NCBI GenBank assembly: GCA_902765005.1
Contig: CACWYB010000002.1
Location: 141,058-205,057, forward strand
Direction of reading: 5' to 3'
Length of the DNA stretch: 64,000 bases
Source of the DNA: an uncultured Eubacteriales bacterium
Lineage (GTDB): Bacteria > Bacillota > Clostridia > Christensenellales > CAG-138
A program made the position numbers and the translations under genes. The notes beneath the pieces are model-generated. The model was not told where the DNA came from and did not search any database. It worked only from the letters and a program-made list of their open reading frames with translations. This document shows, one piece after another, positions 17,245-25,254 of this stretch (its first letter is position 1; every line of letters starts with the position of its first letter).

Positions 17245-19278
17245 ATGCAAACCGGTCATAGGACAGATAGAAGGGTGCACCTGCAATGGCGGGCTTTATC
17301 CCTGCTGATGGGGATCTATGATTTCATAACGGTGGCAGCAGCCTGGTTCCTGGCGCTGCTGGTCCGTTTTGACTTTTCCTTTTCATTGACCATAAGCACT
17401 TCCTACTTTGAGGCATACCAGAAGTTCATCCTGCCCTACACCCTGTTCACCGTACTGATTCTGTTGATGTTTCGGTTGTATCGCAGCATGTGGCAGTATG
17501 CCAGCTTCACGGAGCTGGTGCGGACCCTGGGGGCGTCTTTGCTCACATCCATCGTGCATGTTGTCGGCATTACGCTTCTCTTTCGAGAATATTATCCGGG
17601 CAGCCGCATGCCTGTTACCTACTATTTAGGCGGGGCCATGGCCCAAACGTTCTTCTTGGTGGCGATCCGATTCTTCTATCGCTTCATCCGTCACGAGCGG
17701 CAGCGGCGCACTCTGAACCGGGAATCCTTGGGCCGGGTCATGCTCATCGGCGCAGGTGACGCGGGACAGATGATCCTGCGGGACGTCAATCTGGCGGAAA
17801 AGCCGGAAAACAAGGTGGTCTGCATCATCGACGACGATCCCAACAAGTGGGGCCGCTATATGGACGGGGTCCTTGTGGTGGGCGGCCGGGACGATATCCT
17901 GGTCAACGTGAAAAAATACCATGTGAACAAGATATTCCTTGCCATTCCCAGCGCCAATGCGGAGGATAAGCGGGATATTCTGAACATCTGCAGCAGCACC
18001 GACTGCGAGCTCAAGCAGCTGCCCGGCATGTACCAGCTGATCTCCGGCCAGCTGTCCGTCAGCGCCATGAAGGACGTGTCCGTGGAGGACCTGCTGGGCC
18101 GAGCCCCCATTCAGGCCGATATGCGGGAGGTGTTCTCGTTCATCAACGGCAAAACGGTGCTGGTCACCGGCGGCGGCGGCTCCATCGGCAGCGAGCTCTG
18201 CCGGCAGATCGCGGCCCATAACCCCAAGGAGCTCATCATCCTCGATATCTACGAAAACAACGCCTATGATATCCAGTTCGAGCTCAAATCCTCTTTCCCC
18301 GGATTGAAGCTGACCACCCTCATCGGCTCCGTGCGGGACAGCCGGCGGATCTTCCAGGTGTTCGACCAGTATCGCCCCCAGATCGTCTATCACGCGGCGG
18401 CCCATAAGCACGTGCCCCTCATGGAGGACAGCCCCTGCGAGGCCATCAAGAACAACGCTATCGGCACCTATAAGACCGCCTATGCGGCCATGGTCCACGG
18501 CTGCGAGCGATTCGTGCTCATCTCCACGGACAAGGCCGTGAACCCCACCAACGTCATGGGCGCCAGCAAGCGGCTCTGCGAGATGATCATCCAGTGCTTC
18601 GACGCCAAGATCAAAGAGGGGAAGGCCAAGGAGCTGCCCCAGATCTTCACCCATCTGGGGGAGGAAAACGCGGATAAGGACGGCACCGGCCGGGTGTTCC
18701 AGAACATCAAAACCGAGTTCGTGGCGGTCCGCTTCGGCAACGTGCTGGGCAGCAACGGCTCCGTGATCCCTCTGTTCAAAAAGCAGATCGCCAATGGCGG
18801 CCCGGTCACCGTGACCCATCCGGACATCATCCGCTACTTCATGACCATTCCCGAAGCGGTGAGCCTGGTGATGCTGGCAGGGACCTATGCTCATGGCGGC
18901 GAGATCTTCGTTCTGGACATGGGTCGGCCCGTGAAAATCGATACCCTGGCTCGGAACCTGATCAAGCTGGCTGGATTCAAGCCCGGGGAGGATATCAAGA
19001 TCGTGTACACCGGCCTGCGGCCCGGCGAAAAGCTGTATGAGGAAAAGCTCATGTCGGAGGAGGGCCTGCGCAAGACGGACAACGATCTTATCCACATCGG
19101 CAACCCCATCCCCTTCGACCACGATCTGTTCCTGGTTCAGCTGGAGGGGCTCATGGAAACGGCCTACGCCAATAAGGCGAACATCCGGGAGAAGCTGATG
19201 GAAATGGTGTCCACCTATCACCCGGCCAACATCAGCGCCACCCAACCCGCCCCCGAAGAGCAGAAGGCGGTAGGCTGA
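17245..19278 (+). CDS. membrane-bound nucleotide-sugar 4,6-dehydratase (CapD/PglF/WbpM family)
   Basis: Four N-terminal TM helices precede two Rossmann regions (MLIGAGDAGQ, VLVTGGGGSIGSELCRQI). An ATG at 17245 follows GAGGG. The GTG at 17233 in the track is less likely. Confidence 0.85.
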   Translation: MQTGHRTDRRVHLQWRALSLLMGIYDFITVAAAWFLALLVRFDFSFSLTISTSYFEAYQKFILPYTLFTVLILLMFRLYRSMWQYASFTELVRTLGASLLTSIVHVVGITLLFREYYPGSRMPVTYYLGGAMAQTFFLVAIRFFYRFIRHERQRRTLNRESLGRVMLIGAGDAGQMILRDVNLAEKPENKVVCIIDDDPNKWGRYMDGVLVVGGRDDILVNVKKYHVNKIFLAIPSANAEDKRDILNICSSTDCELKQLPGMYQLISGQLSVSAMKDVSVEDLLGRAPIQADMREVFSFINGKTVLVTGGGGSIGSELCRQIAAHNPKELIILDIYENNAYDIQFELKSSFPGLKLTTLIGSVRDSRRIFQVFDQYRPQIVYHAAAHKHVPLMEDSPCEAIKNNAIGTYKTAYAAMVHGCERFVLISTDKAVNPTNVMGASKRLCEMIIQCFDAKIKEGKAKELPQIFTHLGEENADKDGTGRVFQNIKTEFVAVRFGNVLGSNGSVIPLFKKQIANGGPVTVTHPDIIRYFMTIPEAVSLVMLAGTYAHGGEIFVLDMGRPVKIDTLARNLIKLAGFKPGEDIKIVYTGLRPGEKLYEEKLMSEEGLRKTDNDLIHIGNPIPFDHDLFLVQLEGLMETAYANKANIREKLMEMVSTYHPANISATQPAPEEQKAVG

Positions 19279-19363
19279 AGGGCACCCGCTGTCCAAGCGG
19301 CATGAAGGATAAACGCCTTGCCAAGCAGGGCAACCAAAAGGATACAACACAAGGAAGGAACCC

Positions 19364-20674
19364 ATGAACGATTTTCTAACCGATCCCAGATTCGCGGGGA
19401 TCAAGCCCTTTGAAAGCAAGCTCTGGCTCTCCTCCCCCACCATGCATGGGGATGAGCAGAGGTGGGTGGACGATGCCATCCGAACCAACTGGGTGTCCAC
19501 CGTCGGCGCAAACATCAACGAGGTGGAGCGGCAGATCGCCGAATACATCGGCGTGAAGTACGCGGTGGGCCTGTCTGCCGGCACGGCGGCCCTACACCTG
19601 GCCACGAAGCTGGCCGGCGAAAAGCTCTACGGCCAGGCACGGCCGAACCAGGGCACGCTGCAGGGGCACCGGGTGTTTTGCTCGGATATGACCTTCGACG
19701 CTTCCATCAACCCCGTGGCCTATGAGGACGGGGAAGCCGTGTTCATCGACACGGAGCCTGACACCTGGAACATGAGCCCGGAAGCCCTGGAGAAGGCGTT
19801 CGAGCTGTATCCAGACACCAAGCTGGTGGTGGTGGCTCATCTCTACGGCACCCCCGGAAAGATGGACCGGATCAAATCCATCTGCGACAGCCACGGCGCG
19901 CTGATCGTGGAGGACGCCGCTGAGAGCCTGGGCGCAAAGTATAAGCTGAACGGCACCTGGGTGGAGACCGGCACCCTGGGCAACTACAACTGCATCAGCT
20001 TTAACGGCAACAAGATCATCACCGGCAGCGCCGGTGGCATGTTCCTGACCGATTCCAAGGCAGATGCGGACAAGGCCCGCAAGTGGTCCACCCAGAGCCG
20101 GGAGGCCGCCCCCTGGTATCAGCATGAGGAGATCGGCTATAACTACCGCATGAGCAACATCATCGCGGGGATCGTCCGAGGCCAGATGCCCTATCTGGAT
20201 GAGCATATCGCTCAGAAGAAGGCCATCTACGAGCGCTACAAGGCAGGGCTCGCCGATCTGCCGGTCCGGATGAATCCCTTCGATGAAGAGAATTCACAGC
20301 CGAACTTCTGGCTTTCCTGCCTGATCATCGATGAGGACGCCATGGCGCCCATGGTCCGCGGAGAGCAGGACTACCTGTACAAGTCCGAGCCGGGGAAGAG
20401 CTCGCCCCATGAGATCCTGGATGCCCTGGCTGCCTTCAACGCGGAAGGCCGCCCCATCTGGAAGCCCATGCATATGCAGCCGATATATAGGACGAATGCG
20501 TTCGTGACGGTCGAGGGTAACGGTAGGGGCCGTACAAATGCCTATATTTCAGGCTCTGGAATTGACGTCGGAGCGGATATTTTCAGGAGAGGGTTATGCC
20601 TTCCCAGCGATAACAAGATGACTCCGGAGCAGCAGGATAGGATTATTGAGATCATCCATCGGTGCTTCCTCTAA
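19364..20674 (+). CDS. DegT/DnrJ/EryC1/StrS-family PLP aminotransferase (PglE-like sugar 4-aminotransferase)
   Basis: 436 aa with LSAGTAALHLA, IVEDAAESLGA and the PLP-Lys context SFNGNKIITGSAGG. It is the last GC-rich gene before the AT-rich cassette. Confidence 0.85.
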   Translation: MNDFLTDPRFAGIKPFESKLWLSSPTMHGDEQRWVDDAIRTNWVSTVGANINEVERQIAEYIGVKYAVGLSAGTAALHLATKLAGEKLYGQARPNQGTLQGHRVFCSDMTFDASINPVAYEDGEAVFIDTEPDTWNMSPEALEKAFELYPDTKLVVVAHLYGTPGKMDRIKSICDSHGALIVEDAAESLGAKYKLNGTWVETGTLGNYNCISFNGNKIITGSAGGMFLTDSKADADKARKWSTQSREAAPWYQHEEIGYNYRMSNIIAGIVRGQMPYLDEHIAQKKAIYERYKAGLADLPVRMNPFDEENSQPNFWLSCLIIDEDAMAPMVRGEQDYLYKSEPGKSSPHEILDALAAFNAEGRPIWKPMHMQPIYRTNAFVTVEGNGRGRTNAYISGSGIDVGADIFRRGLCLPSDNKMTPEQQDRIIEIIHRCFL

Positions 20675-20884
20675 ATCGGTTGGATGTGCATAAGGTAGTT
20701 GCATCGGTATCGGCTGAATGTGCATTGGGTGGTCAGATAGGGCGACAACGCATCTGCTGGACGTGCATGAGGTAACTATATCGGCATCTGCTGCATATGC
20801 ATTAGGGGTCAAATGTGCATCGGCTGAATATGACTGAGGTAGCCATATTGGAAAAATCGCATCTGCTGAATATGCATAAGGTAG
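20675..20884 (+). repeat. array of six degenerate direct repeats (24-nt core ATCKGCTGAATRTGCATWAGGTAG)
   Basis: Cores lie at 20675, 20709, 20752, 20786, 20819 and 20861 (spacings 34, 43, 34, 33, 42 nt). The stretch is non-coding, with stops in all frames. It sits exactly at the GC-to-AT switch. Confidence 0.85.
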
Positions 20885-20906
20885 TCAGATTTGAAAGGAA
20901 CCGAAG

Positions 20907-21338
20907 ATGAATAAGCGACTATGGCATTCGCTGCGGATCTCTTGGATGATGAGTTCGGGGAAGAGAGTCGAGTACTTAAGAAAACATAATGTTTTCGGTC
21001 ATATTGGGAAGAACTCTATCTGGCGTGGTAGATTGGTTCCTTTATATGCCGACAGGATATTTCTGGGCGATAACGTGCGTTGCGGATCCAGAGTCTATTT
21101 CATTACGCATGACGTTATTCATGACATGCTGAATCACCGAGAGGGAAATGACTTTGGATTCAAGGAGTTTATTGGGGATATACTGTTCATAGGATCGAAT
21201 TCTACAATTCTCGGTGGTGCAAATATTGGCTCAAACGTGATCGTTGGTGCAGGAAGCCTGGTGAATAAAGACATACCCTCAAATTCTGTTGTGGGGAGGT
21301 ACCGGCCAAGTACATATGTTCGTTTGATGACTTTGTAG
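20907..21338 (+). CDS. hexapeptide-repeat (LbH) acetyltransferase, C-terminus apparently frameshifted
   Basis: LbH repeats are present (IGSNSTILGGANIGSNVIVGAGSLVNKDIPSNSVVG). After the G4 run at 21293-21296 the family-typical tail VPAKYICSFDDFVEKRK continues in another frame, ending at TGA 21365-21367. Confidence 0.7.
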   Translation: MNKRLWHSLRISWMMSSGKRVEYLRKHNVFGHIGKNSIWRGRLVPLYADRIFLGDNVRCGSRVYFITHDVIHDMLNHREGNDFGFKEFIGDILFIGSNSTILGGANIGSNVIVGAGSLVNKDIPSNSVVGRYRPSTYVRLMTL

Positions 21339-21363
21339 AAAAAAGAAAAAGCGCATCTCAGGA

Positions 21364-22020
21364 ATGAGTGACTGGCGGGAAGAGTATATGAAACATAAAC
21401 CTTATGGGCCATATGAAAGATTTATTAAACGACCACAGGATTTTCTGTGTGCATTACTAGCCACGATTGTTCTTTCTCCAGTGTTGCTTATTGTAGCATT
21501 TCTGGTTCGCATAAAGTTGGGTAGTCCCATTTTATTTACCCAGGAACGGCCGGGAAGAAACGGAAGGATATTCAAACTATATAAGTTTCGCACCATGCTT
21601 CCTCCGAAGGACGGTGTGATTGATCCTAAACAGGATGCCGCAAGGTTGACGCCATTCGGTAAGAAATTGCGTAGCACTAGCCTAGACGAGCTCCCTGAAC
21701 TTTTCAACATGTTAAAGGGCGATATGGCAGTGGTTGGTCCTCGGCCTTTGCTTGTCCAGTATCTTGATAGATATGACGAGCATCAAGCGCGTCGTCACGA
21801 GGTAAGACCAGGATTTACAGGACTTGCACAGGTGCATGGCCGGAATGCTATCTCATGGGAAGAAAAGTTTGAATGGGATGTGAAGTATGTGGATCATGTC
21901 ACGTTTCTAGGCGACTGGAAGATCATTTTTGAGACAGTACGAACTGTTTTAAGACGTGACGGAATCAGTGCCGCTGGAGAAGCCACCATGGGGGAGTTTA
22001 TGGGGACGGAGAAGAATTGA
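21364..22020 (+). CDS. small priming phosphoglycosyl transferase (Bac_transf family, PglC/WbaP-C-like)
   Basis: It has one N-terminal TM segment. Family motifs are present (SPILFTQERPGRNGRIFKLYKFRTM, LDELPELFNMLKGDMAVVGPRP). An alternative start is ATG 21391. Confidence 0.85.
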   Translation: MSDWREEYMKHKPYGPYERFIKRPQDFLCALLATIVLSPVLLIVAFLVRIKLGSPILFTQERPGRNGRIFKLYKFRTMLPPKDGVIDPKQDAARLTPFGKKLRSTSLDELPELFNMLKGDMAVVGPRPLLVQYLDRYDEHQARRHEVRPGFTGLAQVHGRNAISWEEKFEWDVKYVDHVTFLGDWKIIFETVRTVLRRDGISAAGEATMGEFMGTEKN

Positions 22021-23594
22021 TGAGAATACTTTTTACAGGTGTTGGAAGACGAATAGAGCTACTCCAGTCTTTTCGCAACGCCGCGTTAGTTTTGAATAAA
22101 GAACTGAGAATCTACGGCGCTGATATGGCCGGAACGGCTCCTGCACTGGCGTATTGTGACTTTACAAGAAAAGTCGTCGCTATGAAGGATCCAAGGTACA
22201 TAGATAATCTTTTGTCTATTTGTGCTGATGATCACATCGATCTGCTCATTCCGACCATTGATACTGATCTGTTGGTGTTATCCGAAAATCAGAAAAAGTT
22301 TGAAGCTATCGGAACGAAAGTAATGATCAGCGCACCCGATAAGATTCGTATATGCCGGGATAAAAACAATACAAGCCAGTTCTTTGTGGATTGTGGCTTG
22401 CATGCACCGATGCCGGTGAATGATTGGAAAGAGTACAAGAGCGGCTATCCGGCCTTTATTAAGCCGAAGGACGGTAGCAGCTCTATTAACGCATTTAAGG
22501 TAGAGAATCAGGAAGAACTGGAAGTATATGCCGGACAGATTGAGGATTATATTGTCCAGCCGTTCGTGAGCGGACATGAATACACTATTGATATCTTCTG
22601 TGATTGGGAGGGTGAGCCGATAAGTATCGTGCCCCGTGAAAGGCTTCAAGTAAGAGCAGGAGAAGTCCTCAAAACCCAGATTTGTATGGACAAAACCATG
22701 ATTGAGGAGTCGAAGGCGTTGTGTAAGGCATTCAAGCCTTGCGGTCCGATGACTGTTCAACTGATTAGGGATGAAGCTGGCATCGACTGGTACATAGAGA
22801 TCAATCCCCGTTTTGGTGGCGGTGCACCTCTGTCCATGAAGGCTGGAGCAAGGAGTGCGGAAGCGATTCTTAAATTGTTAGATGGAGAAGAGGTAAAGGA
22901 ACCAAAGCTAGCCGATGGTGCTATATACAGCCGTTTCGATCAGTCCGTGTGCATCACGGAAGGCAAGGGTCAGATCAAAGGTGTTATTTTCGATCTGGAT
23001 GACACGCTTTACTCAGAGAAAGATTATGTCAAGAGCGGTTATAAGGCCGTAAGTGGTTACCTTGGTGGCGAATATGAAGAAAAGCTCTGGAGTTTCTTTG
23101 AAGAAGGAAAGCCAACCATAGATGAGTTACTGAAAGAACTGGGGCATGAAGACAAGAAGGCAGAAGTGCTGGAGATCTATCGTTCCCACAAGCCCGATAT
23201 TCATCTCTATCCTGGTGTGGCTGAGATGATAGAAACGCTGAAAAAAAAAGGAATAAAAGTCGGTATTATCACCGACGGAAGACCTGAAGGACAGCGGAAG
23301 AAACTGGAAGCACTAGGATTGGATGTTGATGATGTGATCATTACAGATGAGCTCGGAGGCGTTCAATTCCGTAAGCCTTGTGATATAGCATTTCGTATTC
23401 TGGTAACTCGGTGGCGGCTTAATCCAGCTGATGTTGTGTATATAGGCGACAATCCAACAAAGGATTTTCAGGCTCCACAGCAACTCGGAATGAAAAGTCT
23501 ATGGTTTATGAATGAAGATGGGTTGTATGCAGATGCGACTGGCTTCGATAGATGGAAGATTTCTTCATTGGATGAGTTGTTTTCAATAATCTGA
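22020..23594 (+). CDS. ATP-grasp enzyme fused to a C-terminal HAD-superfamily hydrolase domain
   Basis: The N-terminal ~300 aa are ATP-grasp-like (YPAFIKPKDGSSSINAFKV, YIVQPFVSGHEYTIDIF, WYIEINPRFGGG). The C-terminal ~210 aa carry HAD motifs (VIFDLDDTLY, ITDGRPEGQRKKL, YIGDNPTKDF). The ATG overlaps the upstream TGA. Confidence 0.75.
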   Translation: MRILFTGVGRRIELLQSFRNAALVLNKELRIYGADMAGTAPALAYCDFTRKVVAMKDPRYIDNLLSICADDHIDLLIPTIDTDLLVLSENQKKFEAIGTKVMISAPDKIRICRDKNNTSQFFVDCGLHAPMPVNDWKEYKSGYPAFIKPKDGSSSINAFKVENQEELEVYAGQIEDYIVQPFVSGHEYTIDIFCDWEGEPISIVPRERLQVRAGEVLKTQICMDKTMIEESKALCKAFKPCGPMTVQLIRDEAGIDWYIEINPRFGGGAPLSMKAGARSAEAILKLLDGEEVKEPKLADGAIYSRFDQSVCITEGKGQIKGVIFDLDDTLYSEKDYVKSGYKAVSGYLGGEYEEKLWSFFEEGKPTIDELLKELGHEDKKAEVLEIYRSHKPDIHLYPGVAEMIETLKKKGIKVGIITDGRPEGQRKKLEALGLDVDDVIITDELGGVQFRKPCDIAFRILVTRWRLNPADVVYIGDNPTKDFQAPQQLGMKSLWFMNEDGLYADATGFDRWKISSLDELFSII

Positions 23595-23615
23595 GAAAAA
23601 AAGGAACAGGCTAAG

Positions 23616-24461
23616 ATGAGTGAAGAAAATATAATACTATCCCAAATGCAGGGAAAACAGCTTGAAATGCTTCATGAACTTGATAGGGTGTGCAAAAAAA
23701 ACAATTTAAAGTATGCCCTCTCAAGTGGGACTTGCCTCGGTGCAGTAAGACATGGTGGATTTATTCCCTGGGATGATGATATTGATGTTTATATGTCTTG
23801 GTCAGATGCAGAGAAGCTTGTGAAGTGTCAAGGCGATTTCGCATCAAAATATTTCGTTCAAAGCTATAAAACGGATCCACAGTTTCCTTCTACTCATTAT
23901 AGACTTTGTGATTCGTCTACTTCCTGTTTTCTGGAGGAAACACGGGGCCTAGACGTTAATCACGGAATTTTCATTGATATCTACATCTATTATCCCTATC
24001 CGGATAAGAAGCTATTAGCTCAGAAAATCATTTTAGATTCTTTTGTATATCGTGTTCTCGTAGCTGGAAATGGCCCACAGAATCATGGAAAGGCTGCAAA
24101 AGTTTTAGGGAAGATTGTATCGAACCTTTATAGTGGAGCAAGCAGAAAGAAGAAAATCGAAAAAATAGAAAATGAGTATAAGAATAACGGTGGTACTCAT
24201 TACGTAGCAACATACTTCGGCAGGGATGTTACTCTCACAAAGTCCATTCTGTATCCTGTTGAATGGTTCAAAAACCCCTGTTACCTAAAATTTGAGGATA
24301 TGGTAGTGCCATGTCCAGGGAATCCGCAGGAGTATTGTAAATTACAGTATGGCGATACTTTTATGCAGCTTCCACCAGAGGATAAACGCCACCCTCATCA
24401 TGATTTTATATATTTTAGTGTTGATGAGCCCTATACAAAATTCAAGGGGCAGTATTACTGA
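23616..24461 (+). CDS. LicD-family phosphotransferase (alditol-phosphate/phosphocholine transferase)
   Basis: 281 aa with the family motif SSGTCLGAVRHGGFIPWDDDIDVYM. Confidence 0.8.
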   Translation: MSEENIILSQMQGKQLEMLHELDRVCKKNNLKYALSSGTCLGAVRHGGFIPWDDDIDVYMSWSDAEKLVKCQGDFASKYFVQSYKTDPQFPSTHYRLCDSSTSCFLEETRGLDVNHGIFIDIYIYYPYPDKKLLAQKIILDSFVYRVLVAGNGPQNHGKAAKVLGKIVSNLYSGASRKKKIEKIENEYKNNGGTHYVATYFGRDVTLTKSILYPVEWFKNPCYLKFEDMVVPCPGNPQEYCKLQYGDTFMQLPPEDKRHPHHDFIYFSVDEPYTKFKGQYY

Positions 24462-24510
24462 TTCCTGCTTTTAGAAATGATGAAACGAGTAGACGATTGG
24501 AGAAAAGCCT

Positions 24511-25242
24511 ATGAATTACGGATTAATCCTAGCCGGTGGGGTCGGACAAAGAATGAGAAGAACTGGAATGCCCAAGCAGTTCTTGGAAGTGTTTTCTAAA
24601 CCTATCATAATCTATACCCTTCAGAAATTTGAGTATTGTGAGGATATAGATGAAGTCGTGATTGCATGCCATTCCTCTTATAAGGATTACATGGAATCAC
24701 TTCTTCAGAGATATGGCATCAAAAAAGTTAAAGCAGTTATCTCAGGTGGCAGAGACAGACAGGATAGTGTGTTAAACGGTCTAAAGTACATTCAGTCCAG
24801 CGGTGCATCAGATGAAGATGTCGTAGTTATTCATGATGGTGTGCGTCCGCTCATTCAGGAGAGTATCCTAAGTGAAAATGTTCGAGTGGCAAAAAAGTAC
24901 GGCAATGCCATGACGGTAAGGCCTGTTATTGAGTCTGTTGTGATTACAAGTAATGATGAAGCTGGGTTTGAAGACTTCAAGAAACGTGACGATACATATA
25001 GTTTGACTGCGCCTCAGTCTTTCCAATTGGGCGTTCTGACGAAAGCCTACAAGGACATTGAAGGTAAAGAGACTCCTATGCCCCTGCTGGACTCAGCGCT
25101 AGTATTTACCTACCTAGGTAATAAAGTACATATTATCAAGGAAAATAATAACAATATCAAGGTTACCACACCGGAAGATTATTACATCCTTAAGGCCATG
25201 CTGGAACTTGAAGAGAACCGGTATGTATTTGGAATTAATTGA
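24511..25242 (+). CDS. IspD/TarI-family cytidylyltransferase (CDP-alditol synthesis)
   Basis: 243 aa with the N-terminus MNYGLILAGGVGQRM...PKQFL and VIHDGVRPL. Confidence 0.8.
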   Translation: MNYGLILAGGVGQRMRRTGMPKQFLEVFSKPIIIYTLQKFEYCEDIDEVVIACHSSYKDYMESLLQRYGIKKVKAVISGGRDRQDSVLNGLKYIQSSGASDEDVVVIHDGVRPLIQESILSENVRVAKKYGNAMTVRPVIESVVITSNDEAGFEDFKKRDDTYSLTAPQSFQLGVLTKAYKDIEGKETPMPLLDSALVFTYLGNKVHIIKENNNNIKVTTPEDYYILKAMLELEENRYVFGIN

Positions 25243-25254
25243 GGAGATGCCATA

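Noticed and set aside
11198-19605. Long minus-strand ORFs (11198-12115, 12006-12908, 12962-13627, 13692-14540, 17626-19605) over nadE, galE, the NusG paralog, LCP and CapD genes
   Set aside because: These are GC shadow ORFs antisense to confidently identified genes.
20675-20884. Repeat array considered as a CRISPR array
   Set aside because: The repeats are degenerate (several mismatches between copies) and only 24 nt long. They are separated by 9-19 nt rather than by ~30-nt unique spacers, and no cas genes are present.
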